Source of the DNA: a virus
Reading direction: 5' to 3' (one strand)
IMG/VR virus record: IMGVR_UViG_3300012001_000008
Span: 1 to 64,000 of that record
Length of the DNA stretch: 64,000 bases
In this document: piece after piece, positions 7,605 to 17,800 of the stretch
How positions within the stretch are numbered: the first letter of the stretch is position 1
Layout: every line of letters starts with the position of its first letter
Translations under genes and position numbers: made by a program
Notes under the pieces: generated by a model
Databases searched by the model: none
What the model was told of the DNA's origin: nothing
What the model saw: only the letters and a program-made list of their open reading frames with translations

Positions 7605-8240
7605 ATGCGTAAAGCAAAAATCACAGTAGCTATTCTGGCGTTGGTAATTATCGGTGCATTCACCTACCTAGCCGTTAATAGTGGGGTTACAGCCAAAAAT
7701 CTTGAACTCAAGACGATTAAGCTGCAATCGACAGAAGAAAAACTCAAGAGTGTAGACCTACAGGTTGAACAACTCAAGACGCAGTCTTCTACAGATAAAG
7801 CAAAACAACAACAGTTAGAGAAAGAGAAGCAAGACCTAGAGGCTCAGTTGCAGGCGAAAGCCGACAACAAAGCCAAGCTAGAAGTTGCAGCTGCGGAAGC
7901 AGAAAAGCAACTGACAGCTTCTCACGTAGCATCGGCAGCAACGGTACGAGTACCATTGCCAGCTGGTTCTCACACCGATTGGATGGCTCAGGCAGGAATT
8001 GCCGAATCAGACTATGGTTATGTTGACTATATTGTTAGTCACGAAAGTGGTTGGAATCCTAACGCCGTAAACGCAAGTTCTGGCGCGGAAGGACTACCGC
8101 AAGCCCTACCATACTCAAAAACAGGGTGTGGGCATGGCGACCCAGTCTGTCAGCTCCAATGGGCTACGGCATATGCAGTCGGTCGTTACGGCTCATGGTC
8201 AGGAGCTTATAACTTCTGGACAATTAATCGCTGGTGGTAA
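7605..8240 (+). CDS. Membrane-anchored coiled-coil protein with C-terminal lytic transglycosylase (SLT/Apf-like) domain
   Basis: N-terminal TM, coiled coil, HESGWNPNAVNASSGAEGLPQALP...RYGSW..A..FW....WW. Confidence 0.85.
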   Translation: MRKAKITVAILALVIIGAFTYLAVNSGVTAKNLELKTIKLQSTEEKLKSVDLQVEQLKTQSSTDKAKQQQLEKEKQDLEAQLQAKADNKAKLEVAAAEAEKQLTASHVASAATVRVPLPAGSHTDWMAQAGIAESDYGYVDYIVSHESGWNPNAVNASSGAEGLPQALPYSKTGCGHGDPVCQLQWATAYAVGRYGSWSGAYNFWTINRWW

Positions 8241-8252
8241 GAAAACTCTACG

Positions 8253-8282
8253 ATAGCCCTTCTCGCGAGGGGCTATTTTTTT
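8253..8282 (+). terminator. Intrinsic terminator
   Basis: ATAGCCCT/AGGGCTAT stem followed by a T run. Confidence 0.8.
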
Positions 8283-8348
8283 ATGGGCTTGTGTTTTTAG
8301 AAAAAAAAGAGCATAATTCGAGTTATAAAGCAAACAAGAAAGGCTTAT

Positions 8349-8840
8349 ATGTACGCAAGCAGAGTAAAAATTAGTCAAGAAACCCGTAGTAAACTTAACA
8401 ACCCAGTACTAGATTCGCGCAAGAAAAGCGAGCTAAGGGTTCGTTTAGTATTAGATAAAATTAATAACAATCCAGGAGTTAGGTTTACGAAGCAAGAATT
8501 ACTTGCCACAGCAGGGTATAATCCATCGACGAATACACAAAACTACCAAACTGGACTTGCGTTTATTCGCAACATGGAAAAACGTGGTCTTATTGCCCAT
8601 AATAATACGCGAACATTCAGAAAGCACTGGTTTGTACTCTCTGAGGCGACCATTAAAACAACACCAAAGCAAGTAGCGAAGAGTATTCTGGCTAAAAGTC
8701 AACTAGCTGAAAAGCCAGTAGTAGAAGAAGTTGATATTAAAAAAGGTGTACAGGAAATTGTCACTCGACCGGCAAAAGACTTCGTATGGGAAACCAACTC
8801 AGATAGTCTACATGAGTTCGTTAAGTATTTGCAAGATTAG
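8349..8840 (+). CDS. Basic hypothetical protein, possible winged-helix DNA binder
   Basis: 163 aa behind promoter 8289-8317 and AAGAAAGGCT. Confidence 0.7.
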   Translation: MYASRVKISQETRSKLNNPVLDSRKKSELRVRLVLDKINNNPGVRFTKQELLATAGYNPSTNTQNYQTGLAFIRNMEKRGLIAHNNTRTFRKHWFVLSEATIKTTPKQVAKSILAKSQLAEKPVVEEVDIKKGVQEIVTRPAKDFVWETNSDSLHEFVKYLQD

Positions 8841-8972
8841 CTTAAAATAAGCTCTGTGTGGCGTTTTAGTTACTAAGACGCACAATTTGCCCACTTTATA
8901 ACAAATAGCCCTCAGAGAGGCTTAGAAAGCGTCTGAGGGCTATTTTAGATTGTGTCGCCTAGCTAGGATTTG

Positions 8973-9626
8973 TTATTTTGTTTCTTCGTTCTCTTTTTGC
9001 ATGGCTTTAGTAAAGTAATTACTTGTACTCATGCTTGGCGCTGAACTCATAGAGCGAGTTGCAGTCGATAGGCTTGCAAACATTACTGTCGAGCCTACAT
9101 CTGTGGCATTAAAGTTACTGGTATTATTAACCGTGTAACCGTAAGTAGCAGAGGTGGCAAATGAGTCTTGGTTTGCACCAAGGTAGACGAATGTCCAGTT
9201 GCCTTCTTTTTCGTACTGAGCTTTTAGCTCTTTCATGTCGTTAGCTTTGTACTTCTTAGAAGCATTCTCTCCACCATCTGTTAGTACGACGAATAGGTGT
9301 TTCTCGTCTTTCTTGCCTTTTGCAGCCTTGAGGGTTGTCACGAAAGCATCGTGTAGGGGCGTACCACCATTTGGTGTGTACATTTCAGTTGTTAGTTCTG
9401 GTACGTCATCAACCCACGCATCTTCGTGAATCTTTTTAAGACGTAGTTCTCCGTCATAACCACTGTCGAATGCAGTGAGGCTAAGTTTATACTTGCCACC
9501 ATCATTCTTGAGAGAGTTGACGTACTCGTTATAGCCATCAATCGTTGCCTTACGGACAGAACTCATAGAGCCTGATGCGTCTAGCAAGACATGTACTACA
9601 GTTGCCACTTTAGAAGGATTCGTCAT
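8973..9626 (-). CDS. von Willebrand factor A domain protein
   Basis: MIDAS DASGS, GGTPLHDA, LTDGGEN; N-terminus may extend to ~9733 across a 1-nt indel. Confidence 0.9.
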   Translation of the reverse strand: MTNPSKVATVVHVLLDASGSMSSVRKATIDGYNEYVNSLKNDGGKYKLSLTAFDSGYDGELRLKKIHEDAWVDDVPELTTEMYTPNGGTPLHDAFVTTLKAAKGKKDEKHLFVVLTDGGENASKKYKANDMKELKAQYEKEGNWTFVYLGANQDSFATSATYGYTVNNTSNFNATDVGSTVMFASLSTATRSMSSAPSMSTSNYFTKAMQKENEETK

Positions 9627-9898
9627 CTTACCTTTATTAAAGGCAATCGCGCGAGCTTCCTGTGGTGTTAGTACGCCTTGGTCAATCAGCTTGCTTAGTT
9701 TCGCTTGCTGTTGGCGTTTGTTTTAGTGTCCATGTTAAATCTTTATTCATATTCGTATTCTTCTTCTTCGTAGTTTTAGTTTAACTAGGACGACACATAT
9801 CTAATTGTTAAGGTGTAGCGCGTTTCGTTCCCCTAGCTATGCTGGGTTATATCGGATACGCGACCTGCCGTATCTCGCTACTTCTTTATTATAGCAGT

Positions 9899-10042
9899 TT
9901 ACTGGCAACCTTCGCAAGCTGTCGCGTCCGCTGGGTCTACAAGTGCATCGAGGAAGTTACGTTCGCGGGCTGGGTCGTTCTTTGCTTCTTCCATAGCGAG
10001 TTCAATTTTCTTTAGCATTTCTTCGAGGTCTGTTTGTGACAT
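9899..10042 (-). CDS. 47-aa protein ending VDPADATACEGCQ
   Basis: Read from the sequence; start overlaps the glutaredoxin stop (TAATG). Confidence 0.75.
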   Translation of the reverse strand: MSQTDLEEMLKKIELAMEEAKNDPARERNFLDALVDPADATACEGCQ

Positions 10043-10266
10043 TATAGTAGTCCTAGTATTTTAGAAGGTTGGAATCCGATAACGAAGTCTGTCCCATTTG
10101 TTGTTATTGGTACGGTTTGCATTCCGTCAGTTAGCTTGAAGGCTTCTGCTTGCATCTCTGGCTGTTCGTCAAGGTTTATTGCCTCATACGCGACACCTTT
10201 GAGGTCAAGAAGTTTCTTTACCATGGCACAGTATGCGCAGGCGGTTGTAGTATAGATTTTTAGCAT
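10042..10266 (-). CDS. Glutaredoxin / NrdH-like redoxin
   Basis: IYTTTACAYC, TVP and IGF motifs; GGAG RBS before ATG 10266. Confidence 0.9.
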   Translation of the reverse strand: MLKIYTTTACAYCAMVKKLLDLKGVAYEAINLDEQPEMQAEAFKLTDGMQTVPITTNGTDFVIGFQPSKILGLL

Positions 10267-10457
10267 CCCAGCTCTCCTTTTTGAGTGAAAAAAATATATC
10301 CCCTGAACCAGGACATACCTTTTATTTTTTATTCTATATCTAATTATACTCCACGCATAGTAGAAAATATAGCTAAGAAAATGCGAAGATTGGGCTTGTG
10401 TTTTTTGACAAATGAGAGCATAATTCATAGTATAAGTAAATTAAGAAAGGCTTATAA

Positions 10458-10625
10458 ATGAACGAACCAGTACATATCGACGAAAACGATAACGTAGTTA
10501 TAAACATAAATGCGATTTCACCTTCATCGAAGATATATACGCACTGTAAAGAGTGTGGATGTGAATTGTTCGGTGGGGAACGCCAAGGAGAGGATGCAAA
10601 TGGATACTGCGACACCTGTAATTAG
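10458..10625 (+). CDS. 55-aa zinc-finger-like protein (MNEPVHIDE...CKEC...CDTC)
   Basis: Read from the sequence; directly after promoter 10396-10424 and AAGAAAGGCT. Confidence 0.7.
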   Translation: MNEPVHIDENDNVVININAISPSSKIYTHCKECGCELFGGERQGEDANGYCDTCN

Positions 10626-10641
10626 TACTTGGGATAAAGTA

Positions 10642-10962
10642 ATGGCGATGAAGCCAAAAGACACTCGACATAAGGGCGTTGCTAACACGCTGACTATGGA
10701 CGAGCTACAATGTGTCCTCGGAACAATTGACTACTTCGGCGGTAGTGTTCAGCAAGCTATGTTCGACTTAAATATGGCTAAGTACCGTGTGTTTGACTTC
10801 CTCGGTATGTGTGTTATGGGCGACCGTGTATCAAGCACCGACGCTACAAAGGTTTTAGTCTTCTCGTTCCTAAAGGTTGATGGTGACATTAACAAATGGC
10901 TCGAAGATTTACAAACAACAGATTACGATATGGACGAATCTTGGAAGGAGATTAAACTATAA
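10642..10962 (+). CDS. Hypothetical protein
   Basis: 3' part of ORF 10510..10962; start uncertain. Confidence 0.6.
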   Translation: MAMKPKDTRHKGVANTLTMDELQCVLGTIDYFGGSVQQAMFDLNMAKYRVFDFLGMCVMGDRVSSTDATKVLVFSFLKVDGDINKWLEDLQTTDYDMDESWKEIKL

Positions 10963-11543
10963 TGCCAAACCACATAACAACCCAAGTAGAGATTAGCGGT
11001 ACGAAGGAACAAATCGCTGACCTCGTCGAAAAGACAAAGATTATCCGCGACGGTGAAGCAACTGATAACCAGTTTGACTTCAATGGTATTGTAAAAATGC
11101 CAGAGGAGCTACTTAACACCACCTCGCCAACTGATGTTGTAGAGACGCAGGAGGAGGCAGATAGGCTTAATACTGAGAAGCGTGAGCTTTGGGAAAAGAA
11201 TAAGTATGGTAGCTACACAGATAAGGCTATCTCTAAAGCAGAGAGCGAGCGCCGTCTTAAGGAATATGGAGCAGTCAACTGGTACGACTGGTCTTACCCG
11301 AACTGGGGTACGAAGTGGAATGCCTACGATGTTCACTATACTGATGGCAACGACACTAAGATTGTTATTCAGATTGATACTGCATGGAATACACCTACAG
11401 CTATCTGGGAAGCGCTAGAAGAAAAAGGCTATACCGTTAAGGGTGTTATGTACGGCGAGATGGAAGGCTTTGAGTATATTGGCGAGGGTGCAGATGAAGT
11501 GTGGGAAGCCTACACTAGCGTTGAAGTCGATTACATCGGCTAA
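10962..11543 (+). CDS. DUF1281/Api92-like ferredoxin-fold phage protein
   Basis: MPNH..., FDFNGIVKMP, WYDW...NWGTKWNA, DTAW motifs. Confidence 0.75.
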   Translation: MPNHITTQVEISGTKEQIADLVEKTKIIRDGEATDNQFDFNGIVKMPEELLNTTSPTDVVETQEEADRLNTEKRELWEKNKYGSYTDKAISKAESERRLKEYGAVNWYDWSYPNWGTKWNAYDVHYTDGNDTKIVIQIDTAWNTPTAIWEALEEKGYTVKGVMYGEMEGFEYIGEGADEVWEAYTSVEVDYIG

Positions 11544-11591
11544 CAAAAAGAAGCCGACATTGAGCCGACTTCTTAATTGAGGCTTCCACCC

Positions 11592-11888
11592 TTATGCTTG
11601 TGTCTTGTTTGACAAAGCTTGGTAGCCTGTTGAGTTGCGCAGGGTCATGTTGTATGTGATAGCTGCAAGAACTGATACAGTCCCTACATAAGCAATCCAA
11701 TTCAATACGCCCGCAAGCGTTACCGCTGTCTGCCATGTTACGATGACCGACGCTAGAAGACTCAGTACGACGTTTGTCAGTACTGGGTACTTGTTAGCGA
11801 GGTATACAGGGATAACATTTAGTTTCAAAATTGCCTGCACTGCTACAACTGCGAGAGCTGCTAGTGCTGTGATTGTTGCAAAATCCAT
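11592..11888 (-). CDS. Putative holin
   Basis: 98 aa, three hydrophobic segments, directly after the lysin. Confidence 0.7.
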   Translation of the reverse strand: MDFATITALAALAVVAVQAILKLNVIPVYLANKYPVLTNVVLSLLASVIVTWQTAVTLAGVLNWIAYVGTVSVLAAITYNMTLRNSTGYQALSNKTQA

Positions 11889-11901
11889 AATTTACTTCCT
11901 T

Positions 11902-13140
11902 TTATTTCTTAAATGTGAATGACGACAAGAACTTCATCACTAGTTCGAAGACTCGTGTGAGCCAGCTTTTGGCTGTTTCGCCATTTACTGGGTCGATAGG
12001 GTCTACTACTGGTGGAGTTGGAGCGACGTATGAGCCTACAGAGATTACCTCTGCGATAGGCGCTGTTGTTACAGAGTCAGACTTAACGACGCGAGCAGTT
12101 TCTACGCCATCTGTGTAAGTGACCGTGTAAACGGTTGTACGCACACCATTAACGCCAGCTTGTGTGACTTTTTCTTGTCCGAGTGGGAGAGTAGCATCGG
12201 TTACTTTTGATGAAGAGAACGTCACAACCTGTGTTGTAGATACTTCTTTTGTCTCAATAACTGGGGCGACAACAAGTTCGAGGTCTACTTTATTAACACC
12301 AGTAGTCGCTTTTGGGGTTCCTGTTGTATCAGCAGTGCCGAATGAATAAGCAGTCATGTAGTATTCGCTACCTGTCTTGTAGACAGCCTTACCAACGATG
12401 TCGATAGTATCGCCAGCATTGAATGACTTAGATACAGTGAATTGAGCCTGTGTGTCAAAGTTAAAGTTCCATAGGTTTGCATTACGAATGAAACGATATG
12501 TTCCAGGAGCAATCTTCTGGTAGCTTTGCACAGCTGGTGTTGGAGCTGGTGGAGTAACAACTGGTGGGGGAGTCACGACAACAGGGGCTGTATTAACATA
12601 ATTAACAACTGTGTCACGCATTTCCATAATACGAGCAGGGCATTGTGTACCAAGCTGTGATACTTCTAGGTGTCCGTAGACGGTAGTAGCACCACCGAGT
12701 TCTTGGTCGCGTCCACGCCACCACTCACCGAGTACTTTAGCGTCTCCGTCGCGGAGTGTGTAGTTACGGTAGTCGCCGAGGTTCTCGATACCGATTGATG
12801 AACAGTTAACTGCCCAGTTACCAGCGTGCCATGTAATCTGTCCCCAGACATCATCTACAAGCTGTACAAGACGATAACCAGCTGCACGTTCAGCATCTGT
12901 CGCGTCAGGAGTTGTCCCGTCTACGCGCTGTCCAGCGAAGTGAGCCTGCGAGTATGAGCGAGCGCCTGTGTATGGGTTAGTTAGACCAGACCAGTTAGCG
13001 GCATCAGAGCCATAAGCTCGCGCGAAGCCGTTATCAGAAAACCACTGAGCGATTTCTGGCTTAGATTTCTCTTCCCATGTAGGAGTAACAGCATGGTGAA
13101 GAACAAGCTTGTTGACAAGTGTTCGGTTAGCGTCTGCCAT
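11902..13140 (-). CDS. Endolysin: N-acetylmuramoyl-L-alanine amidase with C-terminal G5 domain
   Basis: LVLHH, WHAG, SIGIE, YGH...TQCP amidase_2 motifs; Pro-rich linker; G5-like QAGVNG...TVTYTDGVE...VISVG. Confidence 0.85.
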   Translation of the reverse strand: MADANRTLVNKLVLHHAVTPTWEEKSKPEIAQWFSDNGFARAYGSDAANWSGLTNPYTGARSYSQAHFAGQRVDGTTPDATDAERAAGYRLVQLVDDVWGQITWHAGNWAVNCSSIGIENLGDYRNYTLRDGDAKVLGEWWRGRDQELGGATTVYGHLEVSQLGTQCPARIMEMRDTVVNYVNTAPVVVTPPPVVTPPAPTPAVQSYQKIAPGTYRFIRNANLWNFNFDTQAQFTVSKSFNAGDTIDIVGKAVYKTGSEYYMTAYSFGTADTTGTPKATTGVNKVDLELVVAPVIETKEVSTTQVVTFSSSKVTDATLPLGQEKVTQAGVNGVRTTVYTVTYTDGVETARVVKSDSVTTAPIAEVISVGSYVAPTPPVVDPIDPVNGETAKSWLTRVFELVMKFLSSFTFKK

Positions 13141-13331
13141 TACGCGGTCGCCTTTGGGTCATTAAGTTTCTTGCCTGGAAGATTCTTCCAAACAGCCTCA
13201 GGAATAACACCCTGACCACGGTTAACAAACTCCTTACCTTGTGAGGTTTGAGATACAGTTTTCTTTTCGTCTTGAGCTGTTGCTTTCGCCACGAGCTTTT
13301 CAACTTCTTGTTTTGTTGGTGCTTTTGCCAT
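13140..13331 (-). CDS. Small basic hypothetical protein
   Basis: 63 aa with AAGGA RBS, coupled to the lysin. Confidence 0.65.
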   Translation of the reverse strand: MAKAPTKQEVEKLVAKATAQDEKKTVSQTSQGKEFVNRGQGVIPEAVWKNLPGKKLNDPKATA

Positions 13332-13371
13332 AGTTTTTTTATTCCTTTACTTATCTTATTATCTCATACGA

Positions 13372-14064
13372 CTAGAAATGTATGTTTAGTCCACCGCCAC
13401 CAAGTGCCTTAACGAGTCCTGGAATGAGTCCGTTACTACTGCTACCGCTCCCCTTAGTAGTCTTACTATTGGAACTATTATTAGTCGTAGATTGTTGGCT
13501 ATTGCTCCCCTGCACAGGAGTTGTCGTTGGGTTAGCATCTAGTTGTGCCTGAATCTGTGCCTGTAATTCCTTATTAGCATTTATAAGCGCTTCAATGTCC
13601 TGTGAAACTGTCGCCCCATTAATCTTGAAAGAATCAGATGTAGCGGTAACGGTGATAGGCTTTCTCAATGGTATAACAGAGTATATACCGCTAACCTGTA
13701 GTTGGTATGTCCCAGCTGGCGTTGAGTAAGGAATGATGAGTGTGCTTGTTGAGTCTTCACACCCCTCTTTACTCGTAAGTGTGTCGGCGCTGAGGTTGAT
13801 TGGGGTTAGAGTTTTATCACTGATTGATACGAGTCTGCGAGTAATGGTTGTGAGGACACTATCTCCGACATAACGACAACTATGAATCTTATATGTAAGC
13901 TCGTGACCAGCATATAGAGCTGTAGCGTCCTTTATTGCTGGTTTATCGTACTCAGCTGGGACAATTGGCGCGAATAGTGGGAAGGCTACCAGTAGTGTCA
14001 GGATTACGAGCATAAGCGCATTAAGATGCGTTACAGTTAGTAGTTTTTTAAGCTTATCTTTCAT
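13372..14064 (-). CDS. Membrane-anchored hypothetical protein
   Basis: N-terminal TM, beta-rich domain, low-complexity tail; GGAGG before ATG 14064. Confidence 0.7.
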   Translation of the reverse strand: MKDKLKKLLTVTHLNALMLVILTLLVAFPLFAPIVPAEYDKPAIKDATALYAGHELTYKIHSCRYVGDSVLTTITRRLVSISDKTLTPINLSADTLTSKEGCEDSTSTLIIPYSTPAGTYQLQVSGIYSVIPLRKPITVTATSDSFKINGATVSQDIEALINANKELQAQIQAQLDANPTTTPVQGSNSQQSTTNNSSNSKTTKGSGSSSNGLIPGLVKALGGGGLNIHF

Positions 14065-14065
14065 T

Positions 14066-14455
14066 TTAACCTCCAATAGGTACGAAGTGCCCAATTAGGG
14101 CGACAACAGCAGCTGCGAGTAGAAGAAGAACAAGGAATGTTGTCCATCTGCTTACAAGTGCGTTCGAGAAGTTAATTCCAGGCTTCTTGTCCTGAATATA
14201 TGTCTCTGTTGCAAGGAATCGTTTGTTCATCTGGTCTGTGAACTCGTCCTTCCACTTTTGTTCATCTTGCTTAAACTGGTCAAAATCTACTTTAGATACT
14301 ACAGATAGACCATTGATTTTAGCAAGGACATCTTCGCCATTCTTTTTGACAGCGCTTAAATCCTGCTTTAAGAGGGCGATGTCAGTTTGCATAGTCGGAA
14401 TAGAGGCGACGAAGGTATTTACCATCTCTTCCTGTGCTTGTTTTTGAGTCGTCAT
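14066..14455 (-). CDS. Coiled-coil protein with C-terminal TM (lysis-region accessory)
   Basis: 129-aa ORF. Confidence 0.7.
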   Translation of the reverse strand: MTTQKQAQEEMVNTFVASIPTMQTDIALLKQDLSAVKKNGEDVLAKINGLSVVSKVDFDQFKQDEQKWKDEFTDQMNKRFLATETYIQDKKPGINFSNALVSRWTTFLVLLLLAAAVVALIGHFVPIGG

Positions 14456-14502
14456 TAATTGTTAACTTTCATGTGTTTGTTTTTATCCTACATCTAATTA
14501 TA

Positions 14503-14880
14503 CTAGATGTACGACGCCTTGCTTACTGGAACAAGTTGAATCAAGACTTGACCGTAGGTACACTCGTTAAGAAGCGTAACATAGTGGTCGGCAGCATAAA
14601 AGTTTGCAGTTTTTTCACTACTAGTTTGAGTATCCCAATAAGTAACAGAGAAGTATGCAGCATTTACGGCAGACGATAGTGATTGCGCCTTTGCAAATGA
14701 AAGTTTTGTGGTCTTTATATCAATGTTTGGGAAGATACCGATAAGGGTAGCAATAACAGTACCATTCATATTACGGTCTGCGTTCTTCCATAGCTTTGCA
14801 TATGTTAGTTTGTAAGATTCAATCTCGCCAGTGTTAAGTGTGACGCCATTGATTGTGATGATAGGGTTAGTTACTGACAT
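14503..14880 (-). CDS. Probable distal tail (Dit-like) protein
   Basis: Directly after the tape measure gene; RNMNG motif. Confidence 0.6.
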   Translation of the reverse strand: MSVTNPIITINGVTLNTGEIESYKLTYAKLWKNADRNMNGTVIATLIGIFPNIDIKTTKLSFAKAQSLSSAVNAAYFSVTYWDTQTSSEKTANFYAADHYVTLLNECTYGQVLIQLVPVSKASYI

Positions 14881-14882
14881 GT

Positions 14883-17800
14883 TTATACCAAAATGCTGTT
14901 CCGACCACTCATTTGGGTCTTTTCGTTAATAAGGTCGATAATCTTTGTGGCAATCTTATCTTCACCAATTTGTACGGTTAGGTTAATTGGCTGTCCATTG
15001 CTACCACCGTTTGAAGCATTAATCTTCTCGGCGAGCATATCAATCCAACCAGTGTTGTTCTCAAGAGGCATGACAGCCTCTGTTCCTGCTTCACCGATAA
15101 TTGCGTTTGTAGGTTTGTTTACGATACCACCCTTTGCCAAGCGAGGAAGAACTAGGTGAGGCATCTTGCCAATACTTACACCTGGAATCTTGTTGATAAG
15201 GTCGATAGCACCGTTAATCAGGTCAACAACCGTGTTAACGATTCCTGATACCGCGTTAAGAACTGTGTTCACAACTGTCTTGAACGCGCCACCGATAGCA
15301 TTACCAATAGTTGTACCAATCGAACCAAAGATACCTGTAATAGTATTCCAGATACTCTGGAAGAAGCCTGTGACCGCGCTAAAGGCTACCTTAATGCCAT
15401 TCCATGCAGCTCCGAATACCCCTGCGAAGAATCCAATGATAGGGTTGAAAACGCCCATAATGAAGTTGATTATTCCGACATAGAAGGAGATATAGGCACT
15501 AAAGGCAGCAACAATGAAGTTCCATGCGTTTGTGAATACCGTCTTGAAGAAGTTGGCTATAGGTGTAAATACTCCCACAATGAAGTTAACAATGGCGGTG
15601 AATATGGCGTTAATCTGTGTCTGGAAGGTTAAGTAAAATCCTATGGCAAGCGAGAATGGTAGGAACAATATTGCTAGGATTGTGATTCCCCATTGGTTAA
15701 TGAAGGCAGCGATAGCGTTAAAGATTGTAGAGAAGAAGTTACCAATACCTGTTAGAACTCCGCCAATAAAGCTTCCAATTGCTGTAAATAGTCCTGTAAT
15801 GAAGGCTCCGACGTTAGCTACAATACCCTGTATGAAGCCCCATATTGTACCCCAGTTCTGCCACAGGAGGATAACAATTGCAATAATAGCAACAATCGCA
15901 ATGACGATTAGGAACATAGATAGTTGAAGCACGGTTATACCAAGAGCAGCTGCGATGGCTGAGATACCAAATACCGCAAGTGCGATAGCGATAACACCAA
16001 CTACAACAGCGAATCCGATTAGGAATGGAACAGGATTGGAGCTAATGAACTTACCAATCGTTTCGAATGGGTTAGGAACGCCCTTGCCCAAGTCGCCCTT
16101 AAGTGCGTCGAAGTTCTTTGTCATATCCGCAAGAGACTTGTCAAAAGCGCCTGTGTCAATATTTGGTGAGCCAAGAGCGCCAGCTGGTCCAGATAGGTTT
16201 GGAAGCGAAGGAAGACCAGGAATACCCATGCCCGTCTTTGGTCCGAGGACATTCATCTTGTCAAATGAAGCAAGCTGTCCTTGCGCACCCTGAGCATTAT
16301 CGCCGACTTGCTTGAGAGAGTCGTTAAGGGCAGAAAGACCACCAGTACTGGTCTTGTTACCAGCACCATTGACTGCTGTAAGTTGCTTCTGTAGACCACT
16401 TAGTGAACTACCGAAGCCAACCGCAGAACCTTGTGCAGTATTAGTAGAGCTAGAGAATACTCCAAGCATACCGAGGATAATAAGTACACCAGCAGCTAGA
16501 AGTAGGAGTGGAAGTAGAGCAGCTTGTAGAATAAGCGCACCAGTAGCCGCTACGGTCAAGCCACCACCAGCGACAACACCAGCAGCTCCAACGCCAGCAA
16601 CAGCAGGGATAGTAGCAGTACCAGCGGCAGCAAGTAGGTAGTTAAGGATGATGTAAGCAGCGATAATACCACCAACGATGATTAGGGCAGAACCAAGTGG
16701 TCCACCGATAACCGCGCCGAGATAGATAAGCCCACCAGCAACTAGCAATCCTATAGAGGCAAGCACACCAAGCGCCTGAGCCATAACAAAGATTTGCTGT
16801 ACACCGTTAATGATAACTGAACCAACAAGCTTGATGCTCTGGTATAGAGACGAGAAGTAGCCGATAAGCGGACGAATAGTAAGCGCGGAAGCAAGGAAGC
16901 TAACAATTAACTGCTGGATACTTGGGTCAAGCGTACCAATGACACCGATAACATTGAAGATTATCTTAAGCGCGATACCAAGGGCGTTTGCAACGCTTTG
17001 TACGGCGAGAGCAGTGAACTGGAATAATGCCTGTAGCTGACCTTGTCCCTTAGCACTGTTTACCCAGGCTGTCATAGCGTTTACTATTCCAGTTAAGGTA
17101 GTGATAAGAGAAACTCCACTTATTGCAGAGGATGCGAATATCGAACGTACGAAGCCAAATACAGCGCCAACAAGCGCCCCGATTTGCTGAATAGCAATGA
17201 TACCTTCTTGGATTGCAATGTTAAGTGCAGTTTGACCCTTAGCAGAACTAAGATATGCAGCACCAGCAGTTGCAAGATTAACAAGGAATTGCGCAAGGAG
17301 CGATACATATGGGGCTGTGATGAGGTACAACTGCATAAAGATTGTGAACATTGGTTGTAGCGCACCAGTAAGGATATTAATAGTACGAGCAGTGTCTTGG
17401 AAGATTCTCGCTAGGAGACCAGCAAAGACAGGCTGTGATGCAATATTAGCAGCCTGTTTGAACATACCGTTTAATGCGCGACCAACGATTTGGAAACCAG
17501 CATTAACTGTTGGAAGGATTTGTGCGCCTAGTTGTAGTAGTGTCGAACCGACACCCTGTAGCATCGCCTGCTGGGTATTAAGCTTAACGCTATTGAAGGC
17601 TTTATTAAGACCACCGAGGGCGTATGCTGTTGATTTAGCAGCTGGACCAAGATTAACCATCGCTTGACGGAAGGCTACTGGGTCATTCTTCTGGATTGCT
17701 TTGAATGCTTGTGAAAGACCAGATAGACCAGTCTTAAATGTTAGAGCAGCAGCTCCACCTTGCGCAAGTACAGGCAAAAGAATAGAAACGGTTGAACCCG

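Noticed and set aside
9815-9881. Hammerhead ribozyme (GAAAC next to a three-way junction)
   Set aside because: Lacks CUGAnGA and an NUH cleavage triplet in the required positions.
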